DNA of 64,000 nucleotides. It comes from Candidatus Hadarchaeota archaeon. GTDB taxonomy: Archaea; Hadarchaeota; Hadarchaeia; Hadarchaeales; JAWBSP01. The position numbers were made by a program, and so were the translations under genes. The notes below the pieces were generated by a model. That model ran no database searches, was not told the origin of the DNA, and saw nothing but the letters and a program-made list of their open reading frames with translations. The stretch spans positions 60,299-124,298 of the forward strand of contig CAYYWO010000002.1 in the NCBI GenBank assembly GCA_964474885.1, given 5' to 3'. This document shows positions 28,959 to 39,823 of this stretch, piece after piece (position 1 is the first letter of the stretch; each line of letters starts with the position of its first letter).

Positions 28959-29720
28959 TTAGGGTACCGGGGGCGTCCGCAACTTGTGCCGGGAGAGTCT
29001 TTCACGCTCTAGTACTTTCCTCACTTCGGCGGGCTCGACCCCCAGCTCCCGCACTATCTCATCCTCCCTCTTCCCCCTGTCGAGGGCCATGAGGATCTTG
29101 TCCAGCTTCTCATAGGTTATGCCCAGCTCCCCCTCATCCGTCTGACCCACCCACAGGCCCGCCGAGGGGGGCTTCTCGATTATTCTTTGCGGGATCCCCA
29201 GGTATCTAGCGAGTTCTCTTACCTGCGTCTTGTAAAGGGAGCCCAGGGGCAGGAAATCCGCCCCACCATCCCCGTACTTCGTGAAGTACCCCATCCGCAG
29301 CTCGCTCCGGTTGCTCGTACCTGCAACCAGATAACCGTTCACGTTTGCGTAGTAGTACAGGATGCACATTCTCACCCTTGCACGGAGATTTCCACCTGCA
29401 ACCTTAGCCCCGGGATCGAAGTCCGGTATGGTGGCGGAAAATGATCTGACAATGGGCTCGATGCTTATCACCTTGAACCCTATCCCGAGCTTGGTCGCCA
29501 CCTCTCTGGCATCCTCGATTTCCCTTTCCGGCGTGTTCTCATCCGGCATGCTCAGACCCAGCACCCTCTCTCTCCCCAGCGCCCTGGCACAGAGGCAGGC
29601 TACCACCGAGGAGTCCAAGCCCCCGCTCATCCCGACCACCACTCCGTTGGCCCCCGCACCCTCGACTTGGGATCTGATGAATTCAACTATCCGCTCGACG
29701 GTTGCCCCTGGATCCTCCAT
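28959..29720 (-). CDS. nadE: NH3-dependent NAD+ synthetase
   Basis: SGGLDS, NLRARVRM, GYFTKYGDG, PSAGL, QTDE. Confidence 0.95.
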   Translation of the reverse strand: MEDPGATVERIVEFIRSQVEGAGANGVVVGMSGGLDSSVVACLCARALGRERVLGLSMPDENTPEREIEDAREVATKLGIGFKVISIEPIVRSFSATIPDFDPGAKVAGGNLRARVRMCILYYYANVNGYLVAGTSNRSELRMGYFTKYGDGGADFLPLGSLYKTQVRELARYLGIPQRIIEKPPSAGLWVGQTDEGELGITYEKLDKILMALDRGKREDEIVRELGVEPAEVRKVLERERLSRHKLRTPPVP

Positions 29721-30541
29721 CAGAACCTCCTCGGATAGGAGCCCAGAACCTTCAGCATTGCCACCTTCCTCCGCACAGCCTCCAGGGCCTCCTTGCACTT
29801 CGGGTCCTCCCTGTGTCCCTCAAAGTCTAGGAAAAACAGGTAATCCCCAAGGGCCCTTTTGGAGGGTCTGGACTCGATCTTTGTGAGGTTTATCTTCCTG
29901 ACCGCGAACTCGCCCAGGATCTCCCAAAGGATTCCGGGCCTGTCCTCAGCGGTGTAGAACACTATTGAGGTCTTGTCGTACCCCGATGGCGGGTTATCCG
30001 TCTTGGAGAGGGCCAAGAACCTCGTCAGGTTCATTTCGTCCCCCTGAACGTCGCTGAAGAGCTCCTGCAGGTTGTATATCTGGGCCAGCTCCTTGGGCCC
30101 CAGGCTCGCAAGCTGGGGGCTCTTTCCCTTTGCCACCTGCTCGGCTGCCCGAGCCGTGCTGCTCACCTCAACGAGCTCGACGCGGGGGAACTTGGACTTC
30201 AGGAAGACCCTGCACTGGGCAAACACTTGGGGGTGGGATAGGATCTGGGTTATTTTATCGGGGGTCGTCCCGGGGACTGCTAGGAGGGAAACTGAAATGG
30301 GGAATACTATCTCCTCCTTTATCTTCACCTGCATCCAGGCCAAAACATCCAGGCTCTCCCCCACGCTGCCCTCCTTCAGGCTCTCGAGGGGGATCACCCC
30401 GACCTCGACCTCGCCCTTCTCGACCGCCCGGCCAACATCCGTTATCGTCTGGTACCAGCAGAACTCGTGCGAGTCCCCGTAATGCCTGCGGGCTGCCAGC
30501 TCGCTGTAGGTTCCCCTAGGCCCCAGCACGCCTATCCTCAT
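29720..30541 (-). CDS. pheA: Prephenate dehydratase with ACT domain
   Basis: LGPRGTYSE, SHPQ, NLTRF, NLTKIESRP. Confidence 0.94.
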   Translation of the reverse strand: MRIGVLGPRGTYSELAARRHYGDSHEFCWYQTITDVGRAVEKGEVEVGVIPLESLKEGSVGESLDVLAWMQVKIKEEIVFPISVSLLAVPGTTPDKITQILSHPQVFAQCRVFLKSKFPRVELVEVSSTARAAEQVAKGKSPQLASLGPKELAQIYNLQELFSDVQGDEMNLTRFLALSKTDNPPSGYDKTSIVFYTAEDRPGILWEILGEFAVRKINLTKIESRPSKRALGDYLFFLDFEGHREDPKCKEALEAVRRKVAMLKVLGSYPRRF

Positions 30542-31352
30542 CGTACAACCTCCTGTAGGCTCTCTGAATCTCCGGGCCGAATTCCCTCGTGAATTCCGTC
30601 ACCAGCCTCTCGAAATCCCCCCATTTTCGCTCCTCCAGGAGCCTGTTCAGCTGCTCCAACCTCTTCAAACATTCACCTCTAAGCTCCTTCGCAAAGGGAT
30701 TTAGAGTCTGAAGCTCAAACGATGTCCTGGGGCTGACCGACAACATGGCCTTCGCTAGCTGATGCATTCGCCTAGACAGGGGGGTCTGTAGTGCCTGCCT
30801 GGGGCACAACCCGAGGTAACCGAGCAACAGGAAGTGGGTTAGCGCCTGCACCCTGGCCATCATCTCGTCATGGGCCCCGGCCTCCATCTCAACAACCTCC
30901 GCGCCGTCCGTGACCAGCCTCCGCCGCAGCTCATCATATATCCGTCCCTTCCTGACGGGGACTGCCACTACGGTCTCCCCTTTCAGGCCAGGGGCCCCGG
31001 GTCCGAACAGCGGATGCAGGGAAACGAGCTCGGTATCCCGCCTCTGCTCGCTCAGCTCCTGCATGCACCTAACTACCTCTGCCTTGACGGATGCTATGTC
31101 CACGAGCAGTGCCCCCGCTTTCACCCGGGGATGTATTTCGTGTAGGACTTCTGGCGTCGCAGAGATCGGGACCGAGAGAAAAAACAGGTCCGCCCTTTCG
31201 AGAGGGAGGCCAACCGCCGCACCTATCTCATCCGCAACCTGTCTTGATTTTTCCTCCTCCACGTCCCAGACGGAAACCCTCCAGTCCCAGCTCCTGAACG
31301 TCCTGGCGAACCACCTCCCCATGGCACCCGCCCCTATTACGCACGCCTCCAC
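30516..31352 (-). CDS. tyrA: Prephenate/arogenate dehydrogenase
   Basis: GAGAMG, DIASVK, HPLFGP, HDEMMA. Confidence 0.9.
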   Translation of the reverse strand: MEACVIGAGAMGRWFARTFRSWDWRVSVWDVEEEKSRQVADEIGAAVGLPLERADLFFLSVPISATPEVLHEIHPRVKAGALLVDIASVKAEVVRCMQELSEQRRDTELVSLHPLFGPGAPGLKGETVVAVPVRKGRIYDELRRRLVTDGAEVVEMEAGAHDEMMARVQALTHFLLLGYLGLCPRQALQTPLSRRMHQLAKAMLSVSPRTSFELQTLNPFAKELRGECLKRLEQLNRLLEERKWGDFERLVTEFTREFGPEIQRAYRRLYDEDRRAGA

Positions 31353-32197
31353 CTCATCAACCTCCAGGCGGTCTGCCGCATCACCTCGAGAGGCGCCTGC
31401 TTTCCCGTCCAGATCTCGAAGGAGAGTGCCGCCTGCTGGACAAGCATCTCCAGTCCCGTCAGGGTTTTGGCCCTAGCCCTGCGGGCCTCCCGGAGGAGCC
31501 TCGTGTAGAGGGGCTGATAGACTATGTCAAAAACCAGCAGGTTCTCGTGCATCATTCTGGCATTCACCAAGGTTTCCCTTGTCCTGGGGTACATCCCCAC
31601 CGTCGTTGCGTTGATGAGGATGTTGGCGTCCTTCAGGGCGCGGGAGAGCTCGGGTGGTCTGACGCCGATCACCGTCACCCTCTTGCCCAGTGCGCGCTGG
31701 ATGTCAAAGGCGAGGTCCTTAGCCCTTGCTAGCGTGCGGTTCGCTATCGTCAGCGCCGCGTCCCGCATGCAGAGATTGAACGCTATTGCCCGGGCCGCTC
31801 CGCCTGCCCCCAGAAGCACCACTTTTTTCCCCGAGAGCTGCCCGACCTTCTGCTCTAGGGCCCTCATGGCCCCCTCGCCATCCGTATTGTAACCGACTAA
31901 CCTGCCGTTCTCGTTCTTCACCGTGTTCACCGCACCCACCAGTGAGGCTGAGCGATCCAAACTATCGAGTAGGTTAACTATCGAGACCTTATGCGGAGTT
32001 GTGACGTTGAAACCGGCGAAGTTCAAGTTTTTCATCGCCTCCACCGCCGGACGGAGGTGCTCCTTGGGCACCCTGAAGGCCAGATAGACGTAGTTCAGCC
32101 TGAGAGCGGAAAAAGCCGAGTTGTGTATCTGCGGGGATATACTCTTCTCGATGGGATCCCCTATCAGTCCTATTGGGCGCGTGGTCGCGTTTATCAT
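31337..32197 (-). CDS. aroE: Shikimate dehydrogenase
   Basis: SISPQIHN, NVTTPHK, GAVNT, YNTD, GAGGAA. Confidence 0.95.
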   Translation of the reverse strand: MINATTRPIGLIGDPIEKSISPQIHNSAFSALRLNYVYLAFRVPKEHLRPAVEAMKNLNFAGFNVTTPHKVSIVNLLDSLDRSASLVGAVNTVKNENGRLVGYNTDGEGAMRALEQKVGQLSGKKVVLLGAGGAARAIAFNLCMRDAALTIANRTLARAKDLAFDIQRALGKRVTVIGVRPPELSRALKDANILINATTVGMYPRTRETLVNARMMHENLLVFDIVYQPLYTRLLREARRARAKTLTGLEMLVQQAALSFEIWTGKQAPLEVMRQTAWRLMRWRRA

Positions 32198-32907
32198 CTG
32201 ATATCGAGTTTCCTCAGTATTTCAGCCAGCGTGGGCAGGTCGAGCTGGCCGGGTGCGGTTGGCCTGTTTACCGATGCATATAACACGGGGCACCCGAAGG
32301 AGGCCGCCAGTATCCGTGAGACCCTGCCGAGATCCCCCATGGCAAAGGCGATCAACGGTCTGTCCGCGGAGATCAGCAGATCCAACAGAGTGACCACATC
32401 TCTGGGGCTCCTGGCTGTCGTGACCACCTTCAGGAGGTCCGATCCTATTGCCTTCATCTCCGTCACTTTTTCGCGCAACTCCGTCAGGCTGGGTGTCCGC
32501 TCGAAGTCGTGGTAAGACAGTATCGTGGTCGCGCCCGCTTCCCTAGCCTTTTCCAGCACCCTCGAGAGCAGGGGTCGGGGGGTCGAGTACTCGATATCCA
32601 CTGCGTCGGCCCCCTTCACGATTCCCTGTTCTAGTACCCCGACTCTCTCCTCTTCGTCCCCTTCGTACCATCCGCCCTCCCTCTTGGGTCTGTTGGTCAG
32701 AATGCAAGGCAGTCCCGAACCGAGCAACCTGTCCAAACTCTCCCCGGACTTGAGACTGTCCACCCTGAGCTCGACGCAGTCCGCCCCCAGCTGCCTGGCC
32801 TTTTCCATCATGTCCAGCATCCCCCCCGCGCTGGGGGCAGCTATGCATCCGCACAGAGCAGGGATGGGGACCTCCTTGGAACCCAGCCTCAGCTTACGCT
32901 CCCTCAT
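32194..32907 (-). CDS. aroD: Type I 3-dehydroquinate dehydratase
   Basis: VELRVD, EGG, SYHDF, catalytic Lys in LLKVV, AMG, APGQ. Confidence 0.93.
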   Translation of the reverse strand: MRERKLRLGSKEVPIPALCGCIAAPSAGGMLDMMEKARQLGADCVELRVDSLKSGESLDRLLGSGLPCILTNRPKREGGWYEGDEEERVGVLEQGIVKGADAVDIEYSTPRPLLSRVLEKAREAGATTILSYHDFERTPSLTELREKVTEMKAIGSDLLKVVTTARSPRDVVTLLDLLISADRPLIAFAMGDLGRVSRILAASFGCPVLYASVNRPTAPGQLDLPTLAEILRKLDIR

Positions 32908-32920
32908 CAGAGAACCGCAA

Positions 32921-34018
32921 TTATTTCTCTATGATGGTCTCCTCCACCTTCACCCCGAAGTGCCTCCCGCCCCTCTCCGTGTAGATGAGGAGCTCGTCAC
33001 CGGGTTTGACTTTGGCAACCGAGATGGGCTTCCCCTCCTTGCTCACCAGGTTTATGGTTTCGGCGTTTTGGAGCATGACCCTGTACCTCCTCCCCTCGCA
33101 CTCGGCCTCGACCATCACCAGGGGGCGCCTCTCTATCTTCACCCTACCGACCGCGGCCGCCCTGCTCTCCCCCTCGGTATTCACGATCAGGACCTCATCC
33201 CCCGAGCTCAGCTCCGAGAGGTACTTTGTCTTTCCTCCCGGGACGAGGATGTACGAGTGTATCGCACCCGCATTGACTCTGAATGGCCTAGGCTCGACGA
33301 AGGGGCTGGATAGGGTCTCGGAGTGGACCAAGAAGAGGCCTTCGGCCTGGCTCCCGACCAGCATGCCCTCACCCTGCTCCATCAAGGTCACCGTGTCCAC
33401 GCAGGCACGATCCCCCATACCCACCTGTTTGACTTGAGTGACCTTTGCCGGCTTGAGCTGGAGCTTTTCCTTGACTTTCTCCAGCACCGCACCCGTCTTC
33501 TCCACTTCTGCGACATCTCTTCCGGAGGGGTTCAACAGCACCCCATCAACCCCCCTTTCTAAGGTTTCAATGGCTACCTTCGCCTCCTGAGCGTCCCTAA
33601 CCTCCGCCACCAGCGGTATTTTCCCAGCGGTTTTGGCTATTAGGTTTTCCCAAGGTATTATCTTCCAGTCTCTAGTGCGCACTATCAGACAATCGAAATC
33701 ATCCACCGCTTTAGTTGCCTCCTCTTCCATCTCCCTCCCGGAGATCTCCAGCTCCAGTGCGACCTTCCTCCCCTCCCCCCTGTATTTTCCCGCCTCCTCT
33801 CTTGCCCTCTCCACTTCCTCAGGGGTTCCGGCCTCCAAGACTACCCAGTTCCCAACCGGTTTTTTGCATGCGAGTTCGGCTTTCCCTCGAAGCTTTTCGG
33901 CATGCTCCGGTCTGCACAGGACAAGTTCGCATCCCTTTCCTAAGGCGGCATTAACGTAGGGTTCCAGCTCTTCCCAACTTGCCGACCAGTCAGCCCTTAT
34001 CCAGAATCTCCTCTTCAA
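32921..34018 (-). CDS. 3-dehydroquinate synthase II (archaeal AroB')
   Basis: [38 protein letters not shown]. Confidence 0.94.
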   Translation of the reverse strand: MKRRFWIRADWSASWEELEPYVNAALGKGCELVLCRPEHAEKLRGKAELACKKPVGNWVVLEAGTPEEVERAREEAGKYRGEGRKVALELEISGREMEEEATKAVDDFDCLIVRTRDWKIIPWENLIAKTAGKIPLVAEVRDAQEAKVAIETLERGVDGVLLNPSGRDVAEVEKTGAVLEKVKEKLQLKPAKVTQVKQVGMGDRACVDTVTLMEQGEGMLVGSQAEGLFLVHSETLSSPFVEPRPFRVNAGAIHSYILVPGGKTKYLSELSSGDEVLIVNTEGESRAAAVGRVKIERRPLVMVEAECEGRRYRVMLQNAETINLVSKEGKPISVAKVKPGDELLIYTERGGRHFGVKVEETIIEK

Positions 34019-34818
34019 GTTAGCTCCTTCAGGGCCTCCTCAACGGTGGCCCCCTCGTGGACTATCTTGACCAGCGCTTTCGTCATGGAGGTCGGATCCC
34101 TGTGCTGGAAGATGTTCCTGCCTATGGAAACCCCTACAGCACCTGCCTGCATAGCGCCCCAAGCCATCTCCAAGACATCCCTCTCCGTCTTCATCTTCGG
34201 TCCTCCCGCGATGACCACGGGGACCGGGCATCCGCGAACGACCCTCCTGAAGGAGTCAGGGTCCCCCGTATAAACCGTCTTTACTATGTCGGCTCCGAGC
34301 TCGGCCCCCACCCTAGCCGCATGGGCAACCAGCTCCGGATCGTGCTGTTTTTCCTTGGGGATCTGCGGCCCCCTCGGATACATCATGGCAAAAAGGGGCA
34401 GGCCCCAGTAACTGCAAGCCTCAGCGACTTCTCCCAGAGTTTGAAGCTGTTCCTGCTCGTTGGATGCCCCAACGTTTATGTGAACCGATACACCATCCGC
34501 TCCAAGTCTTATGGCTTCCTCCACGGTTGCAACTTGAACCTTTTCGTTCGGATCCGGTGACAAGGAGGTGCTCCCTGAGAGGTGGATTATCAGACCTATG
34601 TCCCTTCCGTAGCCCCGGTACCCTGCCTTGACTATGCCCTTGTGCAAGACTACCGCGTTAGCTCCACCCTGAGCTACTTTGTCTACGATTTCGGCCATGT
34701 TCTCAAGTCCCTGGATGGGTCCCATGGATAAACCGTGGTCCATGGGGACGATCACGGTCTTGTGCGTCCTCCTATCGATTATTCTCTCTAACCTTATCCT
34801 CTTACCCAACTCTGACAT
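34015..34818 (-). CDS. 2-amino-3,7-dideoxy-D-threo-hept-6-ulosonate (ADH) synthase (AroA')
   Basis: [32 protein letters not shown]; adjacent to DHQ synthase II. Confidence 0.92.
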   Translation of the reverse strand: MSELGKRIRLERIIDRRTHKTVIVPMDHGLSMGPIQGLENMAEIVDKVAQGGANAVVLHKGIVKAGYRGYGRDIGLIIHLSGSTSLSPDPNEKVQVATVEEAIRLGADGVSVHINVGASNEQEQLQTLGEVAEACSYWGLPLFAMMYPRGPQIPKEKQHDPELVAHAARVGAELGADIVKTVYTGDPDSFRRVVRGCPVPVVIAGGPKMKTERDVLEMAWGAMQAGAVGVSIGRNIFQHRDPTSMTKALVKIVHEGATVEEALKELT

Positions 34819-34853
34819 GTTTCTTTTTCTCACTCGATTAAAAATATGGGATT

Positions 34854-36272
34854 ATGAGGGCGCCATTAAAGCACAGATTGATCGCCCTGATTATTGACAG
34901 GATTCTGATTCTGTTAATCGGGCTCTATCCACTCTGGTTCACCGAAATAGGAGTTCGAATCTGTGGGACATGGTGGGTCAATCCGGTTTTTCCCCCTTTT
35001 CTTCTCCTCTCTCTGCCTTTCACGTATCTCTTCTACCTGCTCTTCCTAGAATGGTTGGCGGGAGGCCAAACTCCCGGAAAGGCATTAGTTGGGATCAAGG
35101 TCGTCAGAGCGGATGGGAAACCCATTGGCTTAAGGGAATGCCTCCTTAGAAATCTCCTCCGCATAGTCGACGCCTTTCCCGCTGGACTTTATGTTCTGGG
35201 GGTATACCTGCGGAAGAAGAAGGGAGAAAGGGTCGGAGACTTGATAGCCAGAACAACAGTTGTGGTTGTAGGGAAGCCCAGGTCGCTGCAACTCCTCCGA
35301 CCTAAGACTTCTTGGGCCAAACCCCTCTCAGGGATCTTCATGGGTTGCCTGCTTGTGCCCTGCCTTCTTCAGGCATGTCTGTATGAGTCCGGGGAGTCTC
35401 CCCCATTCCCTACACTAAAAGGAGTCGTACTCCCGCACATCCCGCCGACTTCGATCGATCCTCTCATTGAATCACTCAAATCCGCTGGCTTCAATGCCGT
35501 CAGGCTGGATTGGGCACTCGCGGGAACTAAAGAAGAGAACTTGGTCAGGAGGCTCCACCAGGAAGGTTTCTTCATCCTGATAGGGACTGGGGAGGGCTGG
35601 GATGTCAGGAAGGATGTCAGGGATGTAGAAATCCTTGTCGCACTTTACGGGAACCTCGAAAACATATGCTGGGGAATAGGGAACGAGGACTACACCTCGG
35701 ACTTACGTTCCCCTCGGGAACATCTGTCCGAGATCAATCAGGCTTTCAAGCGCCTTAGCACCCGCCCAACCGTTCATGCCGGGCACATGCTCCTTCACTC
35801 CCCGGATTTCCTTCTGTTCAGGTACAGAGGCTTTGGACCAGTTGATTTCACAGACGTGCTGGGATTCAATGCCTATCCGCCATTTGAGGCCGCCAGCTGG
35901 ACGAACCTCATTCAGATGTGGCGGGAAGACACGAGAACTAACCCGGTTTACCAGACCTTGCTTGACCTGGGGATGAAAACTTATCTTTGGTTGGAGAGAA
36001 CGGTGATCGAGCCTCTAAAGACGAACACTCTGGGCTATGCTTATTTGCTGAACTCTTATGTGCAGTTTGCAGAGCTGAAACACAAATCCATCATACTCAC
36101 CGAATGGGGAGCGGGAGGGATAGAGTTCGCAAGAGGCCAGTGGGAGATCATAAAGAAGATGCCCATCCAAGGACGGTTCTTCTTCAGCTGGAAAGAGATC
36201 GATTCAGATTTGGATGGGAATCCCGATGATTTGGAGCTTTTCTCCTTCCTCGCCCAGACGAACTCGGGCTAA
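34854..36272 (+). CDS. RDD membrane domain fused to a clan GH-A glycoside-hydrolase-like TIM barrel
   Basis: RDD: RLIALIID, GQTPGK, GDLIARTTVV; GH: GFNAVRL, WGIGNE, GFNAYP, ILTEWG, FFFSW. Confidence 0.75.
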   Translation: MRAPLKHRLIALIIDRILILLIGLYPLWFTEIGVRICGTWWVNPVFPPFLLLSLPFTYLFYLLFLEWLAGGQTPGKALVGIKVVRADGKPIGLRECLLRNLLRIVDAFPAGLYVLGVYLRKKKGERVGDLIARTTVVVVGKPRSLQLLRPKTSWAKPLSGIFMGCLLVPCLLQACLYESGESPPFPTLKGVVLPHIPPTSIDPLIESLKSAGFNAVRLDWALAGTKEENLVRRLHQEGFFILIGTGEGWDVRKDVRDVEILVALYGNLENICWGIGNEDYTSDLRSPREHLSEINQAFKRLSTRPTVHAGHMLLHSPDFLLFRYRGFGPVDFTDVLGFNAYPPFEAASWTNLIQMWREDTRTNPVYQTLLDLGMKTYLWLERTVIEPLKTNTLGYAYLLNSYVQFAELKHKSIILTEWGAGGIEFARGQWEIIKKMPIQGRFFFSWKEIDSDLDGNPDDLELFSFLAQTNSG

Positions 36273-36278
36273 GACTTT

Positions 36279-36896
36279 TTGAGCATCTCACCCTATTTGA
36301 TGCAATCCTCGCTCTGGGGTTTCGAGAAAAAGTCTTTACAAGAGCTTGAGGAGGAAGCGAAGAAGTGCAAGAGATGCCCCCTACACCAGACGAGAACCAA
36401 CGTGGTTTTCGGTGATGGACCGCCCAGTCCGGTGGTGCTGGTCGGAGAGGCCCCTGGTTACTGGGAAGACAGGCAAGGGAAGCCTTTCGTCGGAGCTGCT
36501 GGGAAGTTCCTCAACTCCTTGCTCGAAAGAGCCGGCTTGCGTCGAGAGAAGGTGTACATCTGCAACACCCTGAAGTGCAGGCCCCCTGGGAACAGGGATC
36601 CCCTGCCCGAGGAAATAGAGGCATGCAAACCATTTTTGATAGGCCAGCTGTCCCTGATCAAACCGAGGGTGGTAGTAGCCCTGGGGAGGTTCGCGGCTGG
36701 GGAGCTACTTGGGAGGAACGTGGTTATGAGCTCCGAGCACGGGAAGCTGCTGGAATGCACCTTCTACGGTGTTAAGTTCAAGCTTTTCCTCACCTTTCAT
36801 CCGGCCGCCGGGCTATACAGCGGTTCCACCAAGGAACTCTTGCTCAGGGATTTCGATAGTTTACGAGAGATTCTGAGGTCTGAGGGGCTCGTGTAA
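36279..36896 (+). CDS. Family 4 uracil-DNA glycosylase (4Fe-4S)
   Basis: CKRCPL, GEAPG, PFVG, KCRPPGNR, HPAA; start may be ATG 36300. Confidence 0.94.
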   Translation: MSISPYLMQSSLWGFEKKSLQELEEEAKKCKRCPLHQTRTNVVFGDGPPSPVVLVGEAPGYWEDRQGKPFVGAAGKFLNSLLERAGLRREKVYICNTLKCRPPGNRDPLPEEIEACKPFLIGQLSLIKPRVVVALGRFAAGELLGRNVVMSSEHGKLLECTFYGVKFKLFLTFHPAAGLYSGSTKELLLRDFDSLREILRSEGLV

Positions 36897-38186
36897 AGTC
36901 ACCTCCGCCCCCAGCTTCTGCAGGTGCTGGACGAAGTCTGGATAGGAAATCCTCACGCACTCTATATCCCTCACCAGTGTCTTCCCCCTAGCAACGAGGC
37001 CCGCCAGTGCGAACGCCATCGCCATCCTGTGGTCACCGCGGGGATCCAGCAACGCCCCTTTGAGCTCGGGTACCCCCTGGATGATCAAACCGTCATCCGT
37101 CTCCCGTATTCTCGCCCCCATTTTCGAAAGTTCGTGACTCAGAACGGCCAACCTATCGCTCTCCTTGTACCTAAGGTGCTCGACCCCGAAGATTTCCGTT
37201 CTGCCATCCGCAACACATGCGAGGACTGCCAGCACGGGCACGAGATCCGGATTGTGTGAGCAGTCGATGTCAACACCCGTCAGCTGCCCCTTTTCGACCT
37301 CGACCCAGTTCTCCCCGATCCTGACCTCCGAACCCAGCTCTGAAAGGAGGTCCGCGATTCTCTTGTCACCCTGTGGAAGCTGCAGGTCCAGGTTCCGGAC
37401 CCTGACCCTCCCAGCCAAGGCGCCGGCCGAGAGCGGGAAGGCGGCCGAGGAAAAATCCCCTGGAACCTTGAATTTGAAGGGTAAGAGGAACTGGCCACCG
37501 GGGATATCGAATTCCGTCAGATTCGGGTTGGCCCTGATCTTCGCCCCTGACCTCCTCAGAACCTCCAAGGTCATCTCGACGTAGGGTTTGGACTTGAGCG
37601 ACCCCTCGACCGTTACCCCCACATCCTTTTCCGCGTAAGGGCAGGAGATGAGAAGGGCCGAAATGAACTGTGAGCTCACGGATCCACTCAGCTCCGTTTC
37701 CCCTCCGCGTATCCCCCCACCTTTCACAACAACCGGTGGCCTATCGTTCTCACCCAAGCAGGAAACCTCCACACCCAAATCCCGGAGTGCCTTGACGAGC
37801 GGTCCCATCGGGCGCCTGAGCAAAGAAGCATCTCCAGTCAGGGTCACGGGGGAAGGAGAGAGTGCCGACACCGCGGTAAAAAAACGCAAAGTCGTACCCG
37901 AGTTCCCGGCATCTATTGTATCTCTCCTCGGCTTCAGTACACCTCCCGTCCCATCGATGAAGTAGGCCTCCCGGGCCCGCTCTATCTTGGCCCCCAAAAT
38001 CTCGCAGGCAGTCAACGTGGCCTCCGTATCACCGGCCAGCAAAGGTTCACGCATCTCAGTCCTCCCCTCGGTCAGCATGCCGACGGTGAACACCCTGTGG
38101 GTGTAGCTTTTTGAAGGGGGGGCCCTGACGGTCCCCTCAACTCTTGAAGGTTTTACCTCGAGCAGCATCAAATACCTCGGCTCCAC
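36861..38186 (-). CDS. aroA: EPSP synthase
   Basis: PPSKSYTHR, GNSGTTLR, SSQF, KESDR, DHRMAM. Confidence 0.96.
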   Translation of the reverse strand: MEPRYLMLLEVKPSRVEGTVRAPPSKSYTHRVFTVGMLTEGRTEMREPLLAGDTEATLTACEILGAKIERAREAYFIDGTGGVLKPRRDTIDAGNSGTTLRFFTAVSALSPSPVTLTGDASLLRRPMGPLVKALRDLGVEVSCLGENDRPPVVVKGGGIRGGETELSGSVSSQFISALLISCPYAEKDVGVTVEGSLKSKPYVEMTLEVLRRSGAKIRANPNLTEFDIPGGQFLLPFKFKVPGDFSSAAFPLSAGALAGRVRVRNLDLQLPQGDKRIADLLSELGSEVRIGENWVEVEKGQLTGVDIDCSHNPDLVPVLAVLACVADGRTEIFGVEHLRYKESDRLAVLSHELSKMGARIRETDDGLIIQGVPELKGALLDPRGDHRMAMAFALAGLVARGKTLVRDIECVRISYPDFVQHLQKLGAEVTLHEPLRPQNLS

Positions 38187-38210
38187 TTATGATTAGAGCC
38201 CGATTCTACG

Positions 38211-39005
38211 ATGGAGAGACTGACACCGCTCGATTTCCACCAGCTGAAGGAGAAGGGGGAGAAAATCGTCATGGTAGCGACTTACGATTCCCTGACCGCA
38301 CAGCTCGTGGAGCAGAGCGAGATCGAAGGGATCCTCGTCGGAGATTCCCTGGCTAACATCATGCTGGGTTACCAGACCACCCTCCCGGTGGATATGGAGG
38401 AGATGATACGTCATACGAGTGCCGTGGCCAGGGCCACCAGCAGATGCCTGATAGTGGGGGACATGCCGTTCATGTCCTACCAAGTGAGCGTGGAGCAGGC
38501 CGTTCAGAACGCGGGGAGGTTCATCAAGGCAGGAGCCCAAGCCGTGAAGATGGAAGGAGGGAGGGAGATAACGGATCACGTGAAAAAACTCGTGTCCTAT
38601 GGGATCCCCGTCATGGGGCATCTGGGGCTGACCCCCCAGAAAATCTACCAACTTGGAGGATACAGGGTGGTCGGCAGGGAAAACCAAGTCGCGGAAATGC
38701 TAGTCCAGGAGTCCAAGGAGCTCGAGGAGGCCGGCATCTTCTCGCTGGTGCTGGAATGCATCCCTTGGAAGCTGGCGAAGCGCATAACTGAAGAGCTCAA
38801 AATCCCAACCATAGGGATCGGTGCCGGGCCTTACTGCGATGGGCAGGTGCTAGTTCTCCACGATCTCGTTGGCCTGACCCCCAGAGTCCCCAGGTTCGTC
38901 AAGAAATATGCGGATCTCAGGTCAGAACTCCTCAGGTGCCTGAGGGAATTTAGGGAGGAGGTTAAGGCTGGAAAGTTCCCCACGCTCGACCACAGCTACG
39001 AGTGA
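38211..39005 (+). CDS. panB: 3-methyl-2-oxobutanoate hydroxymethyltransferase
   Basis: LVGDSL, DMPFMSY, KMEGG, GHLGLTPQ, IGIGAG. Confidence 0.96.
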   Translation: MERLTPLDFHQLKEKGEKIVMVATYDSLTAQLVEQSEIEGILVGDSLANIMLGYQTTLPVDMEEMIRHTSAVARATSRCLIVGDMPFMSYQVSVEQAVQNAGRFIKAGAQAVKMEGGREITDHVKKLVSYGIPVMGHLGLTPQKIYQLGGYRVVGRENQVAEMLVQESKELEEAGIFSLVLECIPWKLAKRITEELKIPTIGIGAGPYCDGQVLVLHDLVGLTPRVPRFVKKYADLRSELLRCLREFREEVKAGKFPTLDHSYE

Positions 39006-39823
39006 CATCTCCTCCGGTAGCCCTCGACACATGCCTGCTTCATCTGCCTGACGAACGAGGAGATCCGCGGCAAAGCTCTCTCGGGTCTGTCCAGATGCTG
39101 GGAGTAGATCTCCGCTATCGCGCTCCCGACAACTACCCCATCCGCCCCTTTCTCCACGAGTAGCCTTGCCTGCTCAGGTTTCGATATCCCAAATCCTGCC
39201 ATCAGGGGGAGGGAGGTTCTCGTCCTCACCCTTCTCAGCAGTTCGATCGTCCCCTTCAACGGCTCGTCTCTGACCCCTGTTACCCCCTCGAAGTTTATGA
39301 CATAGAGGAAGCCCGACGCATGGGAGACTATCCTACCCAACCTCTCGTCGGAGGTCGTCGGGGCGACCTGCAGGATCAAATCGATGCCCTCCTCCCTGCT
39401 CAACCGCAGGAGCTCCCCCGCCTCCTCCAGTGGGGCATCCGGAACGAGCAGGCCATCAGCACCGCATTCCTTCACCTTCCGAACCGCCTCACGTAGCCCC
39501 ATGGTGTAAAGGATGTTGTAGTACGAGTTCACTATCACTGGAACACCGACCCTCTCCTTGATTCCGGATATCAGGGCGAGACAACTCCTCGGTGTGGTAC
39601 CCCCTTGCAGGGCCCTCTCACACGCCAGCGTCAGAGTGGGGCCGTCGGCTATGGGGTCTGAAAAGGGTATCCCCAGCTCCAGCATGTCTGCACCCGCGTT
39701 GACCAGCTCCTCACAGAGAGCGAGTGAGAAGTCCTCGTTCGGATCACCACAGTAGATGTGCGGCATGAATGCCCCCTCTTTTTTCCTGCACAGCTCCTCA
39801 AACTTGAGCTCAAGAGAGCTCAT
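38996..39823 (-). CDS. trpA: Tryptophan synthase alpha chain
   Basis: ELGIPFSDPIADGPT, GVTG, GFGIS. Confidence 0.95.
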   Translation of the reverse strand: MSSLELKFEELCRKKEGAFMPHIYCGDPNEDFSLALCEELVNAGADMLELGIPFSDPIADGPTLTLACERALQGGTTPRSCLALISGIKERVGVPVIVNSYYNILYTMGLREAVRKVKECGADGLLVPDAPLEEAGELLRLSREEGIDLILQVAPTTSDERLGRIVSHASGFLYVINFEGVTGVRDEPLKGTIELLRRVRTRTSLPLMAGFGISKPEQARLLVEKGADGVVVGSAIAEIYSQHLDRPERALPRISSFVRQMKQACVEGYRRRCHS

